Below are positions 49,741-61,412 of a DNA stretch of 64,000 nucleotides, one piece after another (the first letter of the stretch is position 1; the number at the start of each line of letters is the position of its first letter). The notes under the pieces were generated by a model that was not told where the DNA came from, searched no databases, and saw only the letters and a list, made by a program, of their open reading frames with translations. The position numbers were made by a program, and so were the translations under genes. Source of the DNA: Heptranchias perlo (Eukaryota); NCBI RefSeq assembly GCF_035084215.1, contig NC_090361.1:3906001-3970000 (forward strand), given 5' to 3'.

Positions 49741-50869
49741 TTAAAGATTTCTCCTGCCTGCATTGGGCCACATCCCACCAGGGAGCCAACAGTTTCGAAC
49801 TGATCAGTAGTCAGTGCTTGATTAGGACCAGCCCAGCACTGAACTCAGATGGAATTATTTACTGAGACACCACCTCCGGTTACTCTCCAGGAAAGAAAGG
49901 TGCATCAGACCTCCTCAGGGATGCAAGCTTTCCGCCAGGAAGGGCAGGCTCCTAATATTTATATTTTTCAGTATCTGTGTCATTGAAGCGTAAACACAGG
50001 AAATATTCTCTAGTTGAAGTACTTCCACACATGACATCTGTATTGACAGCATTGCCAAGCATAGGGTAAACATACATTGTCAAAAATACAAATGCTCCTC
50101 TGTCTGTCAGAATTAAAGTCCCCATGTGACATAGTAAAGATGCAGGAAGGAGAAAGTGTGTGTAGGATGGTATATTTGCAGCTTAGGAGGAATGACCATA
50201 GTTGCATCAATAAAACAGATGAAAACAAGAAATGTTGAGATGTGGGGAGAGAGTGAGTGAAGACAAGAGGTGAAAGCTACCACACTTATTAGATGATAGG
50301 CATTCTCCTGTATCTTATCTGGGGATGGACACAAGAGAGTCCCCAGATATGGGCGCAGTATTTGAGTCTTTAAAGAGAGCCCGACAGTCTTGTGTAGCAG
50401 CAATACAGAATCCACTTGTAAATATAAGAAGCATCAATTACTCACAGCTCCCTCAGACACTGTGTAATGAAGGTTAGCAACATCAGAGATTCATGATCAA
50501 AAAGCGAGGAGACAGATTGCAAAATCCTTTTAAACACATGCAGCTGTTATCTTTCAGAGACAGAGAAATTAAAATGTGACATTTTTAAACCAAATATGAG
50601 TGAGACAAGACCTGACTACACAAAGAGTACGGATTGTAGGACAAGAGAGCAGAGGAGTGGGCTCCTGACTAGGGATAGCAGCTTTACTTTGCCTTACTTA
50701 AGGTGGAAACATATTGAAACCCTAAGGCATTGCCCATGGAAAGACAGGTCAGAGCGAACTCCCCTGAGTGCATGAGAGGTGCTGCGGATATGGGGATGGG
50801 GACCTACAGCTTCTGGGGCTGATGATGCTGCACTCGATGGTTGAAGTGTGGAGCTGCGGGTGTGTCTGT

Positions 50870-51437
50870 GGGACAGGGCACGGCGATGGCCAAAGGGACA
50901 GAGTGACCGCGGGTCGGGGCACGGCGATGGCCAAAGGGGCAGAGTGACCGCGGGTCGGGGCACGGCGATGGCCAAAGGGGCAGAGTGACCGCGGGTCGGG
51001 GCACGGCGATGGCCAAAGGGCAGAGTGGCCGCGGGTCGGGGCACGGCGATGGCCAAAGGGCAGAGTGGCCGCGGGTCGGGGCACGGCGATGGCCAAAGGG
51101 ACAGAGTGGCCGCGGGTCGGGGCACGGCGATGGCCAAAGGACAGAGTGGCCGCGGGTCGGGGCACGGCGATGGCCAAAGGGCAGAGTGGCCGCGGGTCGG
51201 GGCACGGCGATGGCCAAAGGGACAGAGTGACCGCGGGTCGGGGCACGGCGATGGCCAAAGAGACAGAGTGGCCGCGGGTCGGGGCACGGCGATGGCCAAA
51301 GGGACAGAGTGGCCGCGGGTCGGGGCACGGCGATGGCCAAAGGGACAGAGTGGCCGCGGGTCGGGGCACGGCGATGGCCAAAGAGACAGAGTGGCCGCGG
51401 GTCGGGGCACGGCGATGGCCAAAGGGACAGAGTGACC
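50870..51437. repeat. 40-41-bp CpG-rich minisatellite in SLC27A1 intron 1
   Basis: About 14 units of GGGTCGGGGCACGGCGATGGCCAAAGGG(A)CAGAGTG(G/A)CCGC. Confidence 0.95.
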
Positions 51438-51656
51438 GATTATTCACACGGTCATTACCCGGACAACCAACACCTCCGTCTCAGGCGCTCCCCTTCTCCG
51501 TTGGATCGCTGGCCGGCGGCGGCTCTCAAGGAGGCGGTGAGGGTGGCATGCGTTTGACGTGGAGCCCGCTCCGGCCCCGGGCTCCGGCCCACCCCTCCCT
51601 GCGGCCTACCCCTCCCTGCGGCCTGAGGGGACAATAAACCCGGGTCACTCACTCAC

Positions 51657-51745
51657 TGGAGGCCGGGGCCGGGCCCGCGCTCAGAGGCCGCTCCGTTTCC
51701 AAGGCTCCCGCCGCCAACCGTCCAGCTCAACCGGCCCGGCTCAGC
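51657..51745 (-). other. SLC27A1: Putative non-coding first exon of SLC27A1
   Basis: GC-rich stretch in a CpG island ending at CCA|GTGAGTGAGT; the first coding exon has its own acceptor, so an upstream exon is needed. TSS is approximate. Confidence 0.6.
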
Positions 51746-51900
51746 GCGCCTGCGCCGCCTTTACCCGCCACCCATTGGACTGGGAGCCCGCGGCATGCCG
51801 GGAGTTGTAGTCCGCTGGCTGCTGCGCGCGCAGCTCCAGGTCTCCCCGCCTCAAAGAACTACAACTCCCGGCATGCGTTGCGAGCGCTCACCCGCAATGT
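51740..51900. promoter_or_regulatory. SLC27A1 CpG-island promoter (NRF1, CCAAT, two ZNF143/THAP11-type motifs)
   Basis: GCGCCTGCGC at 51746, ATTGG at 51774, ACTACAACTCCCGGCATGC at 51858-51876 (+) and 51793-51811 (-). Confidence 0.8.
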
Positions 51901-53540
51901 TAAAGTGGCCACTTTTTTCACAGTTGCCTTTTTGTTTTGTAATTGACCCATAAAGATTTCCCCCCCTCCCAGTCTCCTCAACAGGGAGACTCATTCACAC
52001 CTGCCCCTTTGTTTTAATCAAGCACAACTAATAAAATAATCTAAACATAAAGTCTACTTTCAGCAAAAACCAAAAGGAAACTTGTTAAAACTAACCCAGA
52101 ATGTTGTGTCTGTCTGTCTGACACTCCATTCCCCGCCAGATGCAGAAAGTTCTTTCCAGATGCTTTTTCTCTTTGAACATAAGGAGAGGCTGGATTGCTC
52201 CAGTGTCATCAAACGCAAAAAAAACCCCAAAAACCCTTTTTAAAGGGGCACAACTAATAAAGAACTTAAGCAAAAACAAAGGAAATTTATGAACATAAAT
52301 ATTTATATTATTCATATTATCCAGTTCCTGCAGTGTCCACCGGTCGTGGAAGGTCTTTCCAGATGCTGCGTGTCTTGTTGAGTGTTTCCTGCATTTTTCT
52401 GTTTTTGTGACTGAAACACTCAGTTTAGGCTCTCCACTAATCATTCAGTGAATTTATCCACTCAGCCGTTGTATTATACAAACCACCAAGTTCCCAGGTT
52501 CAATTCTTGGTCTGTGCTGAGTTAATAATACCAGACAGGACAGTAATAGAGGCAAGCATGGTTAATCTCTCAACACCGGAAGGAAGGAGGAAGATGGCAC
52601 TGAGGTCCTACTTATCCCCATCCAGCCGTGCCTGCTGGAAGTGTGCGTTTATTGACTGGATAATTCACCTCTCTCTATTGCCAGGTTGTGACTGCCTAGT
52701 GCTCACCATCATTCCTGTAACAGCACGGTGAGCTTTGGGACTTTGTTACAACAGTGACTACTCTTCAAAAATAATTAATTGACTGAGAAGCACTTTGGGA
52801 CATCCTGAGGATGTGAAACGCACTATATAAACGCAAGCTCATTCTTTCTTGCTATTGGGAACATGAGTAAAACTCACGGCATACTGTGCCATGACATAAT
52901 TACACCCCATCTGAGACCACATAACAAATTTGTGGATACTGTAGCCTCATTATAACTAATATGTGGGGGGGGGGGAACAACAAATATATTCGTTGGAGTG
53001 AATTGCTGATTGTATGGAATAGTAAACTTTAAACAAATGAGCAACGTATCACTGAGTAAAGGCTAAGTAGTTTTTAATATTTTTAACCACTTTTATGTGA
53101 TAAGTTACCATAATAATACTAGGATTAAAACATTAAATGCTGCTCAGCCTCTCCTCACCAATGCACGGCTGTTTAAGTGCGAATGAGGTGGTGTTGTAGA
53201 ATGTACAGTAACCACCACATCAACAACATATTGTCATTGGTTCTTTAAACAGCTGGGCATGTGGAGACCTGCTGACTGTACTGAACAGCTGCCGAACTCA
53301 TCATAAGAGCAGCAAGTAAAGTACGAACAAGTTATGTCCTCAAAGCATGAACTTAACCAATGAAGTTGAAGGTGACAATGAAGTGCTTATTAATTACTGG
53401 TAGTGGTAGTGTTAGTGCCCTGACTGCAGTGGAAAAGTTACTGAAAACTTTCTGGAGCTTGAGAAACTAGGAATTGTTCTGCAGAGCCATCCTGTGGCTA
53501 CAGCATGGAACTGTAGGTCACCAATCGTCACTGACTGTCA

Positions 53541-53765
53541 CAACAACTTACATTTATATAATGCCTTTAACGTAGTAAAACTTTCCATATGAGCGTTATC
53601 AAACAAAATTTGACACCGATCCACATAAGGAGATACTAGGACAGAGAGGTAGGTTTTTAGGAGTGTCTTAAGGGAGGAGAGAGAGGTAGCGAGGCGGGGA
53701 GGTTTAGGGAGGGAATTCCAGAGCTTAGGGCCCAGGCAGCTGAAGGCACGGCCGCCAATGGTGGA
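53541..53765 (-). mobile_element. L2 3' fragment, left part (continues at 57619-57718)
   Basis: The L2 consensus ...GCCGCCAATGGTGGA|GCGATGAAAATCGGG is split by the CR1 insertion. Confidence 0.85.
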
Positions 53766-56700
53766 ATCATAGAATCATAGAAGTTACAACATGGAAACAG
53801 GCCCTTCGGCCCAACATGTCCATGTCGCCCAGTTTATACCACGAAGCTAGTCCCAATTGCCTGCACTTGGCCCAGATCCCTCTATACCCATCTTACCCAT
53901 GTAACTGTCCAAATGCTTTTTAAAAGACAAAATTGTACCCGCCTCCACTACTGCCTCTGGCAGCTCGTTCCAGACACTCACCACCCTTTGAGTGAAAAAA
54001 TTGCCCCTCTGGACCCTTTTTTATCTCTCCCCTCTCACCTTAAATCTATGCCCCCTTGTTATAGACTCCCCTACCTTTGGGAAAAGATTTTGACGATCTA
54101 CCTTATCTATGCCCCTCATTATTTTATAGACTTCTATAAGATCACCCTTAAACCTCCTACTCTCCAGGGAAAAAAGTCTCAGTCTATCCAACCTCTCCCT
54201 ATAAGTCAAACCATCAAGTCCAGGTAGCATCCTAGTAAATCTTTTCTGCACTCTTTCTAGTTTAATAAGATCCTTTCTATAATAGGGTGACCAGAACTGT
54301 ACACAGTATTCCAAGTGTGGCCTTACTAATGTCTTGTACAACTTCAATAAGACATCCCAACTCCTGTATTCAATGTTCTGACCAATGAAACCAAGCATGC
54401 TGAATGCCTTCTTCACCACCCTATCCACCTGTGACTCCACTTTCAAGGAGCTATGAACCTGTACTCCTAGATCTCTTTGTTCTATAACTCTCCCCAATGC
54501 CCTACCATTAATGGAGTAGGTCCTGGCCCGATTGGATCTACCAAAATGCATCACCTCACATTTATCTAAATTAAACTCCATCTGCCATTCATCGGCCCAC
54601 TGGCCCAATTTATCAAGATCCCGTTGCAATCCTAGATAACCTTCTTCACTGTCCACAATGCCACCAATCTTGGTGTCATCTGCAAACTTACTAACCATGC
54701 CTCCTAAATTCTCATCCAAATCATTAATATAAAATAACAAATAACAGCGGACCCAGCACCGATCCCTGAGGCACACCGCTGGTCACAGGCCTCCAGTTTG
54801 AAAAACAACCCTCTACAACCACCCTCTGTCTTCTGTCGTCAATCCAATTTTGTATCCAATTGGCTACCTCACCTTGGATCCCGTGAGATCTAACCTTATG
54901 TAACAACCTACCATGCGGTACCTTGACAAAGGCTTTGCTAAAGTCCATGTCGACCACGTCTACTGCACAGCCCTCATCTATCTTCTTGGTTACCTCTTCA
55001 AAAAACTCAATCAAATTCGTGAGACATGATTTTCCTCTCACAAAACCATGCTGACTGTTCCTAATCAGTCCCTGCCTCTCCAAATGCCTGTAGATCCTGT
55101 CTCTCATAATACCCTCTAACAACTTACCCACTACAGATGTCAGGCTCACCGGTCTGTAGTTCCCAGGCTTTTCCCTGCCGCCCTTCTTAAACAAAGGCAT
55201 AACATTTGCTACCCTCCAATCTTCAGGCACCTCACCTGTAGCTGTCGATGATTCAAATATCTCTGCTAGGGGACCCGCAATTTCCTCCCTAACCTCCCAT
55301 AACGTCCTGGGATACATTTCATCAGGTCCCGGAGATTTATCTACCTTGATGCACGTTAAGACTTCCAGCACCTCCCTCTCTGTAATATGTACACTCCTCA
55401 AGACATCACTATTTATTTCCCCAAGTTCCCTAACATCCATGCCTTTCTCAACCGTAAATACCGATGTGAAATATTCATTTAGGATCTCACCCATCTCTTG
55501 TGGTTCCGCACATAGATGACCTTGTTGATTCTTAAGAGGCCCTACTCTCTCCCTAGTTACTCTTTTGCCCTTTATGTATTTGTAGAAGCTCTTTGGATTC
55601 TCCTTTGCCTTATCTGCCAAAGCAATCTCATGTCCCCTTTTTGCCCTCCTGATTTCTCTCTTAACTCTACTCCGGCAATCTCTATACTCTTCAAGGGATC
55701 CACTTGATCCCAGCTGCCTATGCATGTCATATGCCTCCTTCTTCTTTTTGACTAGGGCCTCAATCTCCCGAGTCATCCAAGGTTCCCTACTTCTACCAGC
55801 CTTGCCCTTCACTTTATAAGGAATGTGCTTACCCTGAACCCTGGTTAACACACTTTTGAAGGCCTCCCACTTACCAGACGTCCCTTTGCCTGCCAACAGA
55901 CTCTCCCAATCAACTTCTGAAAGTTCCTGTCTAATACCATCAAAATTGGCCTTTCCCCAATTTAGAATTTTAACTTTTGGGCCAGACCTATCATTCTCCA
56001 TAGCTATCTTAAAACTAATGGAATTATGATCACTGGTCCCAAAGTGATCCCTCACTAACACTTCTGTCACCTGCCCTTCCTTATTTCCCAAGAGGAGGTC
56101 AAGTTTTGCCCCCTCTCTAGTCGGGCCATCCACATACTGAATGAGAAATTCCTCCTGAATACACTCAACAAATTTCTCTCCATCCAAGCCCCTAATGCTA
56201 TGGCTGTCCCAGTCAATGTTGTGAAAGTTAAAGTCCCCTACTATTACCACCCTATTTTTCTTGCAGCTGTCTGCAATCTCCTTACATATTTGCTCCTCAA
56301 TTTCCCGTTGACTATTTGGGGGTCTGTAGTACAATCCTATCAAAGTGATCTCTCCCTTCTTATTTTTCAGTTCTACCCATATAGACTCAGTGGGCGAACC
56401 CTCGGATATATCCCCTCTCACTACTGCCGTGATGTTCTCCCTAATCAAGAACGCAACTCCCCCTCCTCTCTTTCCTCCTGCTCTATCTTTCCTATAGCAT
56501 CTGTACCCTGGAACATTGAGCTGCCAGTCCTGCCCCTCCCTTAGCCATGTTTCAGTAATAGCTATAACATCCCAGTCCCATGTACCCATCCATGCCCTGA
56601 GTTCATCTGCCTTGCCCATCAGACTTCTTGCATTGAAATAAATGCAGTTTAATCTGGACTTCCCTTGGTCTTTGCCCTGCTTTCTCAGACCATCTGTCCG

Positions 56701-57618
56701 GTCATGTTTTGTACACTCTCCCTTACTGCCTTTTGTTTCTGTCACCACTTTACTTTCCACTGACTTCCTGTATCAGTTCCCATCCCCCTGCCACATTAGT
56801 TTAAATCCTCCCCAACAGCACTAGCAAACACTCCCCCTAGGATATTGGTTCCAGTCCTGCCCAGATGCAGACCGTCCAATTTGTACTGGTCCCACCTCCC
56901 CCAGAACCGGTTCCAATGGCCCAGGAATTTGAATCCCTCCCTCTTGCACCATCTCTCAAGCCACGTATTCATCCTAGCTATCCTGTCATTCCTACTCTGA
57001 CTAGCCCGTAGCACTGGTAGCAATCCTGAGATTACTACCTTTGAGGTCCTACTTTTTAGTTTAACTCCTAACTCCCTAAATTCAGCTTGTAGGACCTCAT
57101 CCCGTTGTTTACCTATATCGTTGGTACCTATATGCACCACGACAACTGGCTGTTCACCCTCCCCCTCCAGAATGTCCTGCAGCGGCTCCGAGACATCCCT
57201 GACCCTTGCACCAGGGAGGCAACATACCATCCTGGAGTCTCGGTTGCGTCCGCAGAAACGCCTATCTATTCCCCTTAAATCGAGTCCCCTATCACTATAG
57301 CTCTGCCACTCTTTTTCCTGCCCTCCTGTGCAGCAGAGCCAGCCACGGTGCCATGAACCTGGCCGCTGTCACCTTCCCCTGGTGAGCCATCTCCCCCAAC
57401 AGTATCCAAAACGGTATACCTGTTTTGGAGGGAGATGACCGCAGGGGACCCCTGCACTGCCTTCCTACTCTTCCTCTGTCTGTTGGTCACCCATTCACTA
57501 TCTCCCTCAGTAATTTTTATCTGTGGTGTGACCAACTCACTGAACGTGCTATCCACGACTTCCTCAGCATCGCGGGTGCTCCAAAGTGAGTCCATCCGCA
57601 GCTCCAGAGCCGTCAAGC
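53766..57618 (-). mobile_element. Young, 5'-truncated CR1 LINE (esterase-type ORF1 plus APE/RT ORF2)
   Basis: ORF1 pieces with IVIGDS and VHIGTND (SGNH esterase); ORF2 with FNARS, ITETWL, VGDFN, SDH (APE), NYRPVSLTS, DFSKAF, GVPQGSVLGP, FADD (RT); tail CTTCTATGATTCTATGAT; GGTGGA duplicated at 53760-53765 and 57619-57624; only a few frameshifts/stops. Confidence 0.96.
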
Positions 57619-57937
57619 GGTGGAGCGATGAAAATCGGGGATGCGCAAGAGGCCAGAACTGGAGGGGCGCAGAGATCTCGGAGGGTTGCAGGGCTGGAGG
57701 AGGTCACAGAGATAGGGCCTATCAAAAGCCTCCCCAAAATGGGTTAAAAAAAAATTTCAACTACATTTCAGGCAGTGTTTAACCAATCAGGATCAGAAAA
57801 TATTCTGTTCAAAATCCGATTAAGCAATGAGTTGTTGATTGGAGGAAGTAAAGTTCAAGCTGATGTGAGATCAGTTTTCAGATCGAACCGAATGATAAAG
57901 GGAGCAAAGGTTTTTGCTCATTTTAAGAACTCTGAAG

Positions 57938-58013
57938 ATGTCCAACAAAGTTAGAATTCTACACCACTCTCTCTTCCTCTGGACATTTTACCCATTCCTC
58001 TGTCCTGTTGAAG
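57938..58013 (+). CDS. PGLYRP2: PGLYRP2 exon 1 (putative signal peptide)
   Basis: MSNKVRILHHSLFLWTFYPFLCPVE-G|GTGAGC; phase 1 joins in frame to 59327 (giving A-KPDY). The hydrophobic core is only moderate. Confidence 0.6.
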
Positions 58014-58411
58014 GTGAGCACCAAGTCCTTTTGTAGTCATGGATGCTTTTTAAGTGAGTATTGATATAACCTGCGCATTAGACACAGCACAATGCACAAT
58101 CTGCAGTGCATCAAGTGACAGTAATGTATTGAGGGATTAAGCCAATTTAATTCAAACACAAGACAGCAGCCAGTAACTCAAACCTGTGATGTGTTACTGC
58201 CATGGAACGTACTCTTGAATACATTATTCTGTGTTTATTGTAGATATTCAAGGGTAGAAATTTCTTTAGAGTGAGCCATTAAAGCAACACATTTCCAGTT
58301 GGATGTAAAAAGATCCCATTGCACGTTTTTGAAGAAGAGCAGGGAGTTCCCCCAGTGTCTTTGCTGAAATTCATTCCTCAACCAACATCATGAACTAATC
58401 ATTTATTTGAG

Positions 58412-58843
58412 AAAGAAAGCCTTGCATTTCTATAGCACCTTTTACAACCTTAGGATGTCCCAAAGCACTTTACAGCCAATGAAATACTTTTTGAAGTGTA
58501 GTCACTGTTGTAATGTAGGAAACACAGCAGCTAATTTGTACACAGCAAGATCCCAAAAACAGCAACAATGTTAGCTAATGGATAAACGTTGGCCAGGACA
58601 TCAGGGAGAACTCCCCTGCTCTTCTTCAAAACAGTGCTATGGGATCTTTTACATCCACCTGAGATAGGATCTTGGTTTGACATCTTATCTGAAAGACAAC
58701 ACCTCTGACAGTGCAGCACTCCCTCAATACTACACTGGGGTGTCAGCCTAGGCTTTGAGCTCAAGTCTCTGGAGTGGGACTTGAACCCACAACCATCTGA
58801 CTCACAGAGGCAAGAGTGTTACCCAGTGAGCCACGGCTGAGAC
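58412..58843 (-). mobile_element. DeuSINE copy
   Basis: A/B boxes, Deu core and L2-type tail. Confidence 0.8.
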
Positions 58844-59326
58844 CTGTAGAGAGAAAGGGATTGGAGGTCAGAGGTAAGAAAGAATTATATCTCAGGCTGG
58901 AGCACATGCCAAGAAAGTAACTTCTCAAAGGACTCCCAAAATGTTATTAGCCACAAGAGTGAAGATCTTGCATTTTCTTAATGTCATCTATACCCAGGAG
59001 GGTGTTTCACACTTAAAAAACACTTCAACTTATGTTATTCTTCATTGAATTTGTGCGGCCAGCTCTACTCCATTATTTGGAAAGGTTATTTTTTTGCAGT
59101 TGGAGGGTTTTTGTGGAAATGGAGAGTGTAGCTGAGGGATTAAATCAGATTAGTGAGTGTAGAGGTTTGGCACAGCTTGTCATGACACACCAAATCATGG
59201 GGCACTCCTAACTATCACTGAGAGGAGGGTATCCAGTCATCCTTGTATTTGGGACTACACACTGCTGGTCATTGGATAACTTCTGTGTCTTTCTGAAAGT
59301 CTTCATTTGTTTGGTTTTCTTTTCAG

Positions 59327-60178
59327 CAAAGCCAGACTATCACATAAATAATGTTTTGAGCATTATCGAGGAGTTGGAAGGCCATGTTCCTGCATTCACT
59401 ATTCTCAACATAACGTCTATCCTACGAGATCTGCAAACGTCCAACCGGGAGTACGGTCACCTCCTCCTCGGTGAACCCTCGACCCCTTCCACCTCGCTGG
59501 AACCCCTATCTGAAGACAAACAATCTTTTATTAAAGATGTTATGAACCATGAAGTCAGCTCTTTGGGTGAACGTGGCGTGGTCCTCACTCCAGATGGAAC
59601 GACAGTCGCTGTCGGGCATCTTATTGCAGGAATTGAAGCCGGACTGAAGAGAAAAGTAGAGCATTGGTCAGATGTTGCAGGCGATCGCCCAGTCACAGTT
59701 GATAATCTTTATGCTCTGACGTTAGCCAAGGACCTCGGCGTGGCATTTGTGGCACATCACTTGAACAGAAGCCAAGGGTTACTGGGACCTGACGGTTGTT
59801 GGGACAATGTGACATCTCCTCAAGTTTTCACTGGGACAGGGTCCTGGTCGCTGGCAACAAATGCTTTGATTAACGGAGGCATGGATGGCTTTATCCTGGG
59901 AGACCTCTTAACAGAACTCCGAGCTCCATTGCCCAAACTCAGTTCAGTGCTGAGAGATTACTATGGTGAGGTGCAGGGGCAACTGGGTCTAAAGGCAAAC
60001 TCACGTCGTGAGAACTTTGAAGCAAAGGTTGACCTTGGCAATTTTACCAATGAGATTGTTAGTGCAGTTTATCTGTACGACCACAACAGGACTGATTCAA
60101 TCCTTCAACACCTCGACTACAACATCTTCAGAGAGATATCTGAGCAAGGAGTTAAACAGTTTCGTTATAATTATCTCG
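59327..60178 (+). CDS. PGLYRP2: Peptidoglycan recognition protein 2 (N-acetylmuramoyl-L-alanine amidase), large exon 2
   Basis: ERGVVLTPDGTTVAVGHLIAGIEAG, VDNLYALTLAKDLG, LGPDGCWDNVTSPQVF, INGGMDGFILG are characteristic of the PGLYRP2 N-terminal region; tttcag acceptor and G|GTAAGT donor; 852 nt. Confidence 0.93.
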
Positions 60179-61279
60179 GTAAGTAAAAAATAGAAATGAC
60201 TGCCACTCCCTTAAAAAGCCAAGTTGAACTACTGCTTGTCGAGAATTTTATAATAAATTGCCTGGGGCGTCTCCCACAGTCAGTTGATGAATACAAGATT
60301 TATTTATATACAAGATTGTGAAGGAATTGAGAGAGTTTAGAAACTCACTCCAAAGCGCCACCTAGCCTGCAACTACACCGTGACCATTGACATGGAAAAA
60401 CTGAATGGGAAGTGTTGACATAGCAATCTACTGTGGTAAATGCTGATGGAAAAGCGTGATCAAAAGTTATGCCGACAGGAAGTAAAGTTTGCCTTCTGGA
60501 AGGTTTTTTTTTAATGTATAGGCTGGTGTTTTTCTAACATCATGGAATGTTTACCTCCTGTGGATAACCTTCAGCGTGGATCTCCTCAATGCTGTGTCAC
60601 TCTGATGATGACAGCGGTGTGAGTGATTGAAGCAAATGGGCTGCAGTTCAGACCAATTAACTCCTCAACCCCAGCAGGGAGCTGTGATCACAAGGGGGGG
60701 CACAGTTTCATTGTAGCCCTATCCGCCCCACATTTTCCTGTGAGTGCAACTTCCTGCTGGGAGTGTGGGATGGTGATATCGCCCCTTCGGATGGTAGAAA
60801 GTGAGTTGAAGGCTTTACTTTAATTGCAGGTTTAACACGACATGCACAAGAATTTGAGTTTTGTTCTTACTTGCAACACCACTTGAATTGAAAACAATGG
60901 AATGAAAATCAGGTAGATTGGGTAGACCATTATATACGACACCATATACAGTGTCAATTATTTCACCTCTGATTTTACTTCTAAATCTAGCTCTGACATT
61001 TTGTGCTCATTAAAGCGAGAGACGAGTTAGTGCATGGAAATATTCATCCAGTATCAGTACTAAACTCATTCAATCTCGGAGAGCAGGCCCCACTCTGCCG
61101 TGTGACATTTCCATTTCCTACACCATCTGTCCCTGTGGCTTCTTTAAGTAAGATTTCCAAATTAATGCCAATTAGTGGCAAGCTAAGGTTAGTATCTCAT
61201 TACAAGACGCGGTTACCCATTGAGTAACACACCACATTACAAGGTGCAATTACAAAGTACCACATAATAGCAAAATTGA

Positions 61280-61412
61280 CGCCCATTGGATTAAAGGGAC
61301 AGTGGCAGCGTGGATACAAAATTGGCTACGGGACAGAAAGCAGAGTAGTGGTGAACGGTTGTTTTTCAGACTGGAGGGATGTATACAGCGGTGTTCCCCA
61401 GGGGTCAGTACC
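61280..61412 (+). mobile_element. CR1 RT internal fragment
   Basis: WIQNWLRDRKQ.VVVNGCFSDWRDVYSGVPQGSV. Confidence 0.75.

Noticed and set aside
50694-51637. Long overlapping ORFs on both strands
   Set aside because: Artefacts of the stop-poor GC-rich minisatellite and CpG island.
54724-56760. 678-aa ORF as a host gene or domesticated reverse transcriptase
   Set aside because: It is CR1 ORF2, frameshifted just before the FADD motif and embedded in a LINE with tail and target duplication.
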